DNA from: an uncultured Desulfobacteraceae bacterium
GTDB taxonomy: Bacteria > Desulfobacterota > Desulfobacteria > Desulfobacterales > Desulfosalsimonadaceae
DNA length: 64,000 nucleotides
Assembly: GCA_964626455.1 (NCBI GenBank)
Contig: CAZVFQ010000004.1
Location: 5,819-69,818, forward strand
Direction: 5' to 3'
This document shows, piece by piece, positions 55,853 to 64,000 of this stretch. Position numbers and translations under genes: made by a program. The first letter of the stretch is position 1, and each line of letters opens with the position of its first letter. The notes beneath the pieces were generated by a model. The model was not told where the DNA came from and did no database searches. It saw only the letters and a list, made by a program, of their open reading frames with translations.

Positions 55853-56908
55853 CTAATCCTCCAGTGGATTTTCCACATCATAAATATCGCAGAAAAGATT
55901 GACGGCCTTTCGCGCCGGGAGGCCTTTTTCTTCCTTTTCAGTAACCCACTTTCGGCTGTATTCTTTAAACTCCGGCAGGCTCCTCATTTTCTCCTTGTCG
56001 TCTTCCGCAAAGTCGAACACTTCCAGGCCGGCCTCCTTAAATGTCTGAAGCGCTCTTTCACGTTCTTTGCCCAGAAACTCAGCCATTTTTATGTCAGCCT
56101 CGCGGCAGACTTCTAGAATCGCCTTTTGATCGCTTTCAGACAAGTTTTCAAAAGTGTCCAGATTCATACACCAATAAGCAACACCTGGCATGAAATTTAT
56201 CTTTGTAATATACTTTGTGACCTCATGGATATTGTAGCGCCTGGCGACATCCGGAGACCAGCCCAGAGCATCTATAATCCCTTTTTCCACTGCGCTGTAC
56301 ATCTCTCCGGATGGGATGAAAACAGGCGATGCACCCACTGCTTTCATGGCAATCTGGCGGGGTTCACTTATTACTCTGATTTTTAACCCTTTGAAATCCT
56401 CAAGACTTCGAATCGGTTTATTAGAAAAAATCCAATATTCATCATAATATATACAGCTTATCGGATACATGTTTTCTTCTTTGAATTCTTCGTAAATCTC
56501 CGGCATGCTGTCCATTATCTGGTACCATTTTTCCATGTATTTTACGGGGTCGCGCTCAGGGTTAAAAAGATCCATGGGATGAGAAAAACCGGTTAATTCG
56601 CCATAACCGGTATGATATGCGGAAGATATCCACCCGATATCGGCCATGCCGGATTTTACTGCTTCAGGCATTTCTTTCATATTAGACAGAGAACCGGCCC
56701 AGTATTGATCAATTTTAACCCGGCCGTCTGTTCTGGATTCAATCTCCTTGCTGACCCAGTCAAGCCATTCTGTTGCATATCCCCTTTTGGGGCCGGGTTG
56801 AGACCAGCGAAGTACAGTGGTTTCAGAAAAAACCGGTGCTGCAGATAAAACAAAACCAATCGTGCAAATAAGAACAAAAATTACTTTTAAAACCTGATTT
56901 TTTTTCAT
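55853..56908 (-). CDS. dctP: TRAP transporter substrate-binding protein (DctP family)
   Basis: Signal peptide followed by a periplasmic binding-protein fold; 351 aa. Confidence 0.8.
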   Translation of the reverse strand: MKKNQVLKVIFVLICTIGFVLSAAPVFSETTVLRWSQPGPKRGYATEWLDWVSKEIESRTDGRVKIDQYWAGSLSNMKEMPEAVKSGMADIGWISSAYHTGYGELTGFSHPMDLFNPERDPVKYMEKWYQIMDSMPEIYEEFKEENMYPISCIYYDEYWIFSNKPIRSLEDFKGLKIRVISEPRQIAMKAVGASPVFIPSGEMYSAVEKGIIDALGWSPDVARRYNIHEVTKYITKINFMPGVAYWCMNLDTFENLSESDQKAILEVCREADIKMAEFLGKERERALQTFKEAGLEVFDFAEDDKEKMRSLPEFKEYSRKWVTEKEEKGLPARKAVNLFCDIYDVENPLED

Positions 56909-56954
56909 TTCCCCCTCCTTGTTTAATGTTTTGTGCCCTTAAACTGGACTGGAA

Positions 56955-56994
56955 TTAAAAACACCCGCTGCAGATGCTATAAGCCTTCTGCAGC
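56955..56994 (-). terminator. Hairpin plus U-run between the acyl-CoA dehydrogenase gene and dctP
   Basis: Minus strand reads GCTGCAGA-(12 nt)-TCTGCAGC followed by GGGTGTTTTT. Confidence 0.5.
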
Positions 56995-56999
56995 AAAGT

Positions 57000-58148
57000 C
57001 TAGCTAAAAGCGCTTATCCCCAGTGTTTCCCTTCCCACGACAAGCTTCTGGATCTGGGTTGTGCCGTCGGGAATGGTCATCATTCTGGCGTGACGATAAA
57101 GCTCCTCAATGGGATATCCCTTTGTCAATCCCAGAAAACCGTGAATCTGAACCGCCCTGGAGGTTACTTCAACCGCAGCCTCTGTTGCATAAAACTTCGC
57201 GGTTGAAGAGGCTGTGTTCTTCTCAACTCCTTCGTCTATCAGGCTTAATGCCTTGAAGGTCAAAAGACGCGCTGCCTCTTTCTGTGCAATCATATCGGCA
57301 ATCATCTGCTGGACCTGCTGGGAGCTGCCCACTGGCTTTCCGTCCTGTTTGGCTTCTTTTGCATAGTTTACGGTTGCATCAATTGCCTGCTGCATTAAAT
57401 GAATCCCTGTTAAGGCCACGAAACATCTTGCACGCTGAAAAGCCCTCATAGTAGCTTTCAGGCCGTCTCCGCTTGTGCCCATAAGATTCTCCCTGGGAAC
57501 CATGCAGTTGTTGAAAACAAGCTCCCCGAGATGCCCTTTATCTCCCATAGTGGGAATGCTGCGCGCTTCAAAGGGCGACTCTGACTTATCAACAAGAAAT
57601 CTGACCAATCCTTTTGCTCCAAGGGAAGGATCTGTGGTTGCGAGCAGAATAACAATATCTGCCATGGAACCGTTTGTGATAAATACTTTTGTGCCGTTTA
57701 TTACATAATGATCCCCCTTGAGCTCTGCAGTGGTTTCGATCATGCGTGGATTGGAGCCGACATTTGGCTCTGTGATTGCTGAGCATCCTATAAGATCGGC
57801 ATTTAACAGCCCGGGCAGATACTTTTCCCTGTGCTCTTTTGAACCTGTTTTGGCCACCGCGTGGGCAGCACCGCTGGTGATCATGGTCACCCCGTTTAAC
57901 GCCCGATCGATCTGCTCATAAACCAGTCCCCAGGTTATATGATCCATTCCTGCCCCGCCGTATTCTTTTGGAATCACGTTGCCCATGATTCCGAGCGGAA
58001 TGGTTTTTTTAAGCAGATTTTGTATGGTTTCTTTCGGCAGGGCTTCTTCCGGGTTATGCTTCTCAATACAGGGGCGTATCTCCCGGGTCATCAATGTCCT
58101 TGTCTTCTCAACGAGCCGACTCTGCTCTTCGGTTAAATTAAAATCCAA
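57000..58148 (-). CDS. Acyl-CoA dehydrogenase
   Basis: 382 aa with all three ACAD domains: AITEPNVGSN, FITNG, YAKEAKQDGKPVG, IPDGTTQIQ. Confidence 0.88.
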   Translation of the reverse strand: MDFNLTEEQSRLVEKTRTLMTREIRPCIEKHNPEEALPKETIQNLLKKTIPLGIMGNVIPKEYGGAGMDHITWGLVYEQIDRALNGVTMITSGAAHAVAKTGSKEHREKYLPGLLNADLIGCSAITEPNVGSNPRMIETTAELKGDHYVINGTKVFITNGSMADIVILLATTDPSLGAKGLVRFLVDKSESPFEARSIPTMGDKGHLGELVFNNCMVPRENLMGTSGDGLKATMRAFQRARCFVALTGIHLMQQAIDATVNYAKEAKQDGKPVGSSQQVQQMIADMIAQKEAARLLTFKALSLIDEGVEKNTASSTAKFYATEAAVEVTSRAVQIHGFLGLTKGYPIEELYRHARMMTIPDGTTQIQKLVVGRETLGISAFS

Positions 58149-58189
58149 TTTACCCCCCTATCTTAAAATTTTTGAATAAAAGACATGAT

Positions 58190-59296
58190 TCATCTTTTAA
58201 ACACATGGACAGAGCATACACCTCCCGCGCCCTGAGTATGGGTAAGGCCGGCTCCGGGAGAGTCAATCTGTCTTTTTCCCGCCTCTCCTCTGAGCTGCCA
58301 GACCACTTCACACAATTGTCCGATTCCGGTCATGCCAAGAGGATGTCCCTTTGACTGAAGTCCCCCGCTCGGGTTTACGGGCAGATCGCCTCCAAGCTCT
58401 GTACGACCCTGATCAACCATCAATCCACCTTCACCGGGGGCGCAGAATCCCAGACTTTCATAATGAAGTATCTCGCCTATTGTGAAAGCATCGTGTACTT
58501 CGGCAAAATCGATATCTTCGGGCCCCATTCCGGCCTCTTCATATGCAACCATTGACGTACGGGCAGCCAGATCCAAATCGCTTCCGTATTTCTCTGTTAG
58601 AAGCCCGGAGCCGGCAATAAAAACCTTTGGTTTGGAGGTGTACCTGTCCACGACATTTTTTGCGCAGATAACAGCCGCAGCAGCACCGTCACTTGTAGGA
58701 CAGCACTGCAGAAGAGTGATCGGATCACATATCATTCTGGAGGACAGAACTTCTTCCACAGTGAATTCTTTTTGATAATGGGCATTCGGATTAAGACAGC
58801 CATTTTTATGATTCTTAACTGAAATCTTTGCCATCTGCTCCCTTGTGGTACCGTATTCATGCATATGCTTGTTGGCTTTGAGCGCATATAAAGCAGGCAT
58901 CACATTTAATCCAAGCTCCCTTTCAAGGCTTCCTTCCTCACCGGCTCCTCCCAGAACGCCGCGGCCCAGTTTTTCCACTCCGATAACTATGGCAACATCA
59001 TATAGCCCGTGACCGACTGCATAAAAAGCTTCCCGTATCGCCGTAGAGCCGCTTGCACATGCGTTTTCCAAATTCATTATGGGGATTCCGGTAAGACCAA
59101 TTTTTTCACAAATCGCCTCACCCACGGAAACACCCTGCCGAACATGAGAAGCATAAGCAATTTCCACATCTTTCCAGGCTACACCGGCATCATCTATGGC
59201 ATTAACAGCCGCGGTCCATGCAAGATCAGTAGCCGGCTTGTCAGGATACCGGCCGCATTTATGCATGCCCACGCCTGCGATAACAACCTCGCGCAT
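58190..59296 (-). CDS. Thiolase, SCP-x / lipid-transfer-protein type
   Basis: NACASGSTA active-site Cys and C-terminal GHPLGMTG. Preceded by a DUF35 partner gene. Confidence 0.85.
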   Translation of the reverse strand: MREVVIAGVGMHKCGRYPDKPATDLAWTAAVNAIDDAGVAWKDVEIAYASHVRQGVSVGEAICEKIGLTGIPIMNLENACASGSTAIREAFYAVGHGLYDVAIVIGVEKLGRGVLGGAGEEGSLERELGLNVMPALYALKANKHMHEYGTTREQMAKISVKNHKNGCLNPNAHYQKEFTVEEVLSSRMICDPITLLQCCPTSDGAAAAVICAKNVVDRYTSKPKVFIAGSGLLTEKYGSDLDLAARTSMVAYEEAGMGPEDIDFAEVHDAFTIGEILHYESLGFCAPGEGGLMVDQGRTELGGDLPVNPSGGLQSKGHPLGMTGIGQLCEVVWQLRGEAGKRQIDSPGAGLTHTQGAGGVCSVHVFKR

Positions 59297-59314
59297 TTTT
59301 ATTCCTCCTTGATT

Positions 59315-59752
59315 TTAATCTATAATTTTAAACATATGGGCAATTATTTCATTTCCTTCCTCGTCTTCCCGAAGCTTTCCCGCCACGGTTTTCACCCGGC
59401 TGCCGATCTTTACCTGCTCCGGATCACAGTCAATTAAATGTGAAGTCACTTTGACCCCGTCATCGAGCATTACCGCAACAATTATGTATGGCACCGGGCC
59501 CTTCCAGGTCGGGGCTGTCTGCCTGACCACCGTATAGGTATCAATTACACCTGTTTCGCTTAAAATAACCTTGTCAAGCTGTCTTGAACTGCAGTTGGGA
59601 CAGCACAATTTCTCCGGGAAATGTCTTTCCCCGCAATCAAGGCATTGACTGCCCACCAGCCTCAAATCATCCGTATCCCCGCCTGGGAACTCATAAAACT
59701 CTTCTTTCAATGGAATCCTTTGCTTTGTTTCCAATTGGGTTTTCCTCCTCAA
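59315..59752 (-). CDS. DUF35 OB-fold / zinc-ribbon protein (thiolase partner)
   Basis: CLDCGERHFPEKLCCPNCSS zinc ribbon followed by an OB-fold; 145 aa. Confidence 0.8.
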   Translation of the reverse strand: MRRKTQLETKQRIPLKEEFYEFPGGDTDDLRLVGSQCLDCGERHFPEKLCCPNCSSRQLDKVILSETGVIDTYTVVRQTAPTWKGPVPYIIVAVMLDDGVKVTSHLIDCDPEQVKIGSRVKTVAGKLREDEEGNEIIAHMFKIID

Positions 59753-59785
59753 ATGAATTATTCGGTTTAAAAAGTTTTATCAGAA

Positions 59786-60754
59786 TCAGCAGATTGCCGA
59801 ACCCACTCGCTCATACGCAGTCCGGGCATCCGCGATAATCTCTATGATCAGTTCGGAAACGGAGGGGGTCTTGTTTATCCTTCCTATAACCTGACCGCAG
59901 GAAAAAAGCCCCTGATCGGTTTTACCCTCTATCCATCCCTTACGACTTATCTCCCCGCTTACAAAAGGAGCGAGCTCCTCAAAGGGCCTGCCTTCGTGCT
60001 CCATTTCAAAGATCTTTTCAACCCACTGGTTTTTTAACATTCTTCCTGGATTGTTAAATGTCTCCATAATCATCATTGTATCTGTGGCCCCGGCTTCAAG
60101 GAGTTTCTTTTTTATTGCAGGATGGGCAATGCACTCCTTTGTGCACAAAAACCGGGTACCCATAACGACCCCATCCGCACCGAGCGCCAAGGCAGCCATA
60201 AGAGATCTGCCGTCACAAATGCCTCCTCCTGCTATAAGAGGAGCGGAAATCGCATCTGCTGCAAGGGGCGCCAGCACCATGGATGTGACGCCAGCCATGC
60301 CAGGATGCCCTCCGCTCTCTGTACCAACGACCGCTATGGCATCGACTCCGATTTTATCCATTTTTACAGCATCCTTCAGACGGGCGCATTTATGGATATG
60401 CGTCAGACCAGCATCTGTAATCTGCTGCCGGTACGGTTCGGGATTGCGGCCGGCTGTTTCTATGATTTTAACGCCTTCATCTATGACAACCTGAATCATC
60501 AATTCAATATCCTGCGGCCTCAAAGTCGGAAACAGGGACACGTTTACTCCAAAGGGTTTGTCTGTAAGATCCCTTGTTTTTTTTATTTCATCTGCAAGTT
60601 CTTTTTTTGCCGGAAACGTAGCTGCAGCAAGACAGGCAAAGCCTCCTGCATTCGCAACCGCCGCAACAAGCTCCGCTCTTGAAATCCATTGCATGGTGCC
60701 GCACTGGACAGGATATTCAATACCTAAAAGTTCGGTCATTCGCGTTTTAAACAA
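59786..60754 (-). CDS. NMO / FabK-like FMN-dependent oxidoreductase (nitronate monooxygenase family)
   Basis: LLGIEYPVQCGTMQWIS...GVNV...GTESGGH...IAGGGI. Confidence 0.75.
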   Translation of the reverse strand: MFKTRMTELLGIEYPVQCGTMQWISRAELVAAVANAGGFACLAAATFPAKKELADEIKKTRDLTDKPFGVNVSLFPTLRPQDIELMIQVVIDEGVKIIETAGRNPEPYRQQITDAGLTHIHKCARLKDAVKMDKIGVDAIAVVGTESGGHPGMAGVTSMVLAPLAADAISAPLIAGGGICDGRSLMAALALGADGVVMGTRFLCTKECIAHPAIKKKLLEAGATDTMMIMETFNNPGRMLKNQWVEKIFEMEHEGRPFEELAPFVSGEISRKGWIEGKTDQGLFSCGQVIGRINKTPSVSELIIEIIADARTAYERVGSAIC

Positions 60755-60769
60755 GTACCCCCCCTTGAT

Positions 60770-61555
60770 TTATTTACCTTTAAACTGCGGCTTGCGCTTT
60801 TCGGTAAAGGCTTTAAATCCTTCTATACGGTCTTCGGATACAGATAGCAGTGCGGCACAATGGGCCTCATAATCCAGGGCGGAGGCAAGATCCATCTGCA
60901 TGCCTGCATTTACCGCCCGCTTTGCAAATTTGACTGAAAGGGGGGGATTGGCGACAAGTTTCTTTGCCATATTTTTCGCTTCATCCATAAGTGCGTCAAC
61001 AGAGACAACCTTGTTTACCAGGTTGAGACGATAGGCTTCATCTGCGTCAATAAAATCTCCGGTATACAGCAATTCCTTTGCCTTTGTAATACCTATCATT
61101 CTGGGCAGGCGCTGGGTTCCTCCTGCAGCCGGGATCACACCTATTTTGACCTCCGGAACACCGAATCTGGCGGTTTCTGATGCGATTCTAAGATCGCATA
61201 CAAGTGCAAGCTCGCATCCGCCGCCCACTGCCACGCCGCTTATTGCAGCTATTACAGGCTTTTCAAAGTTCTCAATCATACAGAAAAAACTATGTGTCTT
61301 CTGCTGGTTAAAATAGATCTGAGGCTGTGGTGCCTGCATCTTCGAGCGCTCCTTTATATCAGCCCCCGCACTGAAGGCCTTCTGCCCGCCGGTCAGGATA
61401 ACAACCTTTACTTCATCATCTTTTTCCATTTCCCCGAATACCGACATCAGCTCCTCGCGCAGTTTAAAGCTCAGAGCATTCAACCGCTCGGGCCGGTTTA
61501 ATGTCACAATTCCGACCCCATCCTCCTTTTCGTACAACAAAGTCTCATAACTCAT
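60770..61555 (-). CDS. Enoyl-CoA hydratase/isomerase
   Basis: VTLNRPERLNAL, AFSAGADI, GGGCELAL. Confidence 0.88.
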   Translation of the reverse strand: MSYETLLYEKEDGVGIVTLNRPERLNALSFKLREELMSVFGEMEKDDEVKVVILTGGQKAFSAGADIKERSKMQAPQPQIYFNQQKTHSFFCMIENFEKPVIAAISGVAVGGGCELALVCDLRIASETARFGVPEVKIGVIPAAGGTQRLPRMIGITKAKELLYTGDFIDADEAYRLNLVNKVVSVDALMDEAKNMAKKLVANPPLSVKFAKRAVNAGMQMDLASALDYEAHCAALLSVSEDRIEGFKAFTEKRKPQFKGK

Positions 61556-61585
61556 TTAAAATCCTCCCTGCATTTTTATCTTTTA

Positions 61586-63145
61586 TCAGTGAACAAAGCG
61601 CTCCCGATCTTTCCAGTACTGCTCTTTAATTTTCCTGCGAACGACTTTACCGTAAGGGTTCTTTGGCAGCTCTGATACAAAATCCACGGATTTCGGCTTT
61701 TTATAACTGGCAAGCCTCTGCTTGCAATGCTCGATAAGTTCCTGACCTGAGACCTTTGAATCTTCTTTTAAAACAACTACAGCTTTAACCGCCTCTCCCC
61801 AGTGATCATCAGGAACAGGAACCACTGCCGCCTCGGATACTTCGGGGTGTTGGCAAAGTGTGTTTTCCACTTCACTAGGATATATGTTGAACCCTCCGCT
61901 GATGATCATGTCGGATTTTCTGTCAACAATATAAATATATCCTGCCTCATCCACGGTTCCCATGTCGCGCGTATAAACCCAGCCGTTTATCAAAGTCTCT
62001 GCTGTAAGCTCCGGTGCTTTCCAATATCCGGCCATTGTATCGTCGCCCTGCTCTATAATCTCGCCGACTTCGCCTGGCTCGACTTCCTCGCCTTTTTCGT
62101 TGACAACCCTTACATCGCATTCAAAAAGCGGCAGGCCAGCAGAAGAAAGCCGTTTGATCTTAACCGGGTCGTCTCCAACAATATGGTCCTCCTTGGAAAG
62201 ATGCGTAATTCCGGAAGATGTTTCTGTCTGGCCGTATCCCTGGGAAAGAATCGGCCCGAATATCTCAATTGCCTTTGCAATCTGATCAGACGACATGGGA
62301 GCGGCCCCGTATCGGATAGACTTTAGGCTGCTCAGATCATATTTGCCCAGATCAGGATAATCCATAAGCATCTTAAGCATTGTGGGAACCGCGAAAAAAT
62401 GCGTTACACGCTCCTTCTCTATTGTTTGGAGCAGCAGTGGAATATCAAAGCCGGGCAGCAACACATTGCACCCTCCTCTGACCATCACGGGAAGAATCAT
62501 TCCTCCGCTTGCATGGGTAATCGGCCCGACATGGCACATTACCGTATCTTTTGTTATGTCGTTATCAGGGGACAGAAGAGATTTTTTGGAAAGACTGAGC
62601 CTGTTTCTCTGGGTCAGCATGGCGGCCTTAAGAGTCCCTGAGGTCCCGGATGTATAATTTAAGGAAGCAAGATCTTTCATCTCGACTTCCACGTCCGGCT
62701 CCTGCGGGGATGAGTTTTGAAGAATATTTTCGTAATCAAGCATTGATTCAGGTCCGTCTGACATGGCTACATAATGCTTGAGGCCGGGAATCTCAGAGGA
62801 ATGCGCCTCTATCTTTTCAATGAATTCTCTGCCCATGATAATGCAGCTGCTCTCGGAGTTGTTGAGCATGTGTACGATTTCGCCAATTGCAAGCCGGGCA
62901 TTTAAAGGCACCTGGACAAGTCCGCTTTTATAGCAGGCAAAAGTGCCTTCCATGAGCTGATGCCGATTTATGGAAAGCAGTGCCACCCGGTCGCCTTTCT
63001 TAAGTCCCATGGACAACAGGCCATTGGCCAGCCGGTTTACCCGCTCATTGAACTCCCTGAATGTAAAACGCCTGTCACCGTCAATCACCGCTATCCTGTC
63101 CGCAAAGAGATTTGCGCATCGCCTAACATGTATGCCTGTATTCAT
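61586..63145 (-). CDS. Acyl-CoA synthetase (AMP-forming)
   Basis: YTSGTSGTLKAA, GYGQTE, YTRDMG, GKVVRR. Confidence 0.88.
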   Translation of the reverse strand: MNTGIHVRRCANLFADRIAVIDGDRRFTFREFNERVNRLANGLLSMGLKKGDRVALLSINRHQLMEGTFACYKSGLVQVPLNARLAIGEIVHMLNNSESSCIIMGREFIEKIEAHSSEIPGLKHYVAMSDGPESMLDYENILQNSSPQEPDVEVEMKDLASLNYTSGTSGTLKAAMLTQRNRLSLSKKSLLSPDNDITKDTVMCHVGPITHASGGMILPVMVRGGCNVLLPGFDIPLLLQTIEKERVTHFFAVPTMLKMLMDYPDLGKYDLSSLKSIRYGAAPMSSDQIAKAIEIFGPILSQGYGQTETSSGITHLSKEDHIVGDDPVKIKRLSSAGLPLFECDVRVVNEKGEEVEPGEVGEIIEQGDDTMAGYWKAPELTAETLINGWVYTRDMGTVDEAGYIYIVDRKSDMIISGGFNIYPSEVENTLCQHPEVSEAAVVPVPDDHWGEAVKAVVVLKEDSKVSGQELIEHCKQRLASYKKPKSVDFVSELPKNPYGKVVRRKIKEQYWKDRERFVH

Positions 63146-63189
63146 ATGCCTCCATTCATTTCTTTTAACTTATTGGTTTTTAAAAAAAT

Positions 63190-64000
63190 TCATTCAAATA
63201 CGCCTTCCTGCTCAAGCCTGGAAATATCTCCGCGTGACATTGCCAAAAATTTGGTGCATATTAGCTCATTGTGTTCGCCGATGCATGGTGATGAATGTGT
63301 TACTTCAGGTTCGATTATAGAAAACCGGCTCGCGGATGATATATTAAAAGCAAAATGCCCGCCGATTTCAGGATGAATAACTTTTCGATATGCCCTGCGT
63401 TCTGTTAACTGCGGATCGGTAAATGTATCAGACGGCTTATTTACCAAACCCGCCGGAACCCCGGCCGTTTGCATCATTTGCATTAGATCCGCGGCATCAT
63501 ATTTTTCGGTCCATTTTCCAATCAGCCTATCCAGTTCATCTTCATGTGCTTTTCTGGTTTCAAAATTCACGAATTTCGGTTCCACGGACAACCCCGGATT
63601 TCCAATAACCTCGCAAAACGCCCGCCATTGTTCGTCTGTACCCACGGCAATGGCGCACCACCGATCTTCTCCCCTGCATGGATAAACACCATGCGGCACA
63701 TAATATGGATCACGATTGCCGTTTCTTTCCGCAACCCTGTTGTTTACGAAATAATCAAGCATAAGCGGAGCAAGAAACTGAATTCCGCCTTCATACTGGG
63801 CAAGGTCTATGTGTTGTCCCCTGCCTGTGCGGCGCTTGTAATCCATTGCTGCAACCAGAGTAAAAATAGCTAGTTTGATGTTGATAAAATCGGTATATGC
63901 ACCATAAGGAACCGAGGGAAGCCTGTCCGGCCATCCGGTTATAACGGTGTATCCGGACATACCTGTTAATTGGGCGCCGAAACCGGGCAGTCTGGCGTAC
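63190..64000 (-). CDS. Family III CoA-transferase (CaiB/BaiF/Frc type), N-terminus beyond window edge
   Basis: The frame stays open upstream of the track Met (..YARLPGFGAQLTGMSGY..). The C-terminal part is typical of family III CoA-transferases. Confidence 0.75.
   Translation of the reverse strand, partial: YARLPGFGAQLTGMSGYTVITGWPDRLPSVPYGAYTDFINIKLAIFTLVAAMDYKRRTGRGQHIDLAQYEGGIQFLAPLMLDYFVNNRVAERNGNRDPYYVPHGVYPCRGEDRWCAIAVGTDEQWRAFCEVIGNPGLSVEPKFVNFETRKAHEDELDRLIGKWTEKYDAADLMQMMQTAGVPAGLVNKPSDTFTDPQLTERRAYRKVIHPEIGGHFAFNISSASRFSIIEPEVTHSSPCIGEHNELICTKFLAMSRGDISRLEQEGVFE

Overview
This is a gene-dense 64-kb chromosomal window, roughly 90% coding and moderately GC-rich. The gene content looks like an anaerobic Desulfobacterota (deltaproteobacterial) genome, but that is inferred from gene content alone. 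All calls come from reading the supplied ORF translations and the raw sequence by eye; no searches were run. Most of the window is core housekeeping. It starts with the minus-strand ffh-rpsP-KH-rimM-trmD-SPOUT-rplS-rnhB-yraN translation cluster. Next come rlmN, a cold-shock gene with a long structured leader, an S1 protein, an acyl-CoA ligase, a GGDEF protein and an unusual ALDH/Fe-ADH fusion. Further on are pgsA followed by tRNA-Gly and tRNA-Cys, tal, folK, argBDFGH, xerC-hslVU, udg, coaBC, manA-queE-queC, and a TRAP-transporter plus modified beta-oxidation cluster that runs off the right edge. The clearly accessory part is 16.36-20.36 kb. There, directly 3' of tRNA-Ser(CGA), lies a low-GC islet carrying a small ParB/Srx-like ORF and an orphan SAP-SAP-FokI-like nuclease with no methyltransferase. 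The islet abuts an internally deleted group II intron with class C-like placement, inserted exactly after the terminator of the tRNA-Gly/Cys operon. Other items worth a second look: a 125-bp MITE-like repeat family, with one copy filling the hslV-hslU spacer; an atypical 924-aa Hsp70-like protein paired with a membrane DUF2760 protein; an acyl-CoA dehydrogenase pseudogene that lacks its middle domain but keeps a promoter/operator and a TetR neighbour; and an MscS C-terminal remnant. I found no rRNA, CRISPR array, integrase or prophage.
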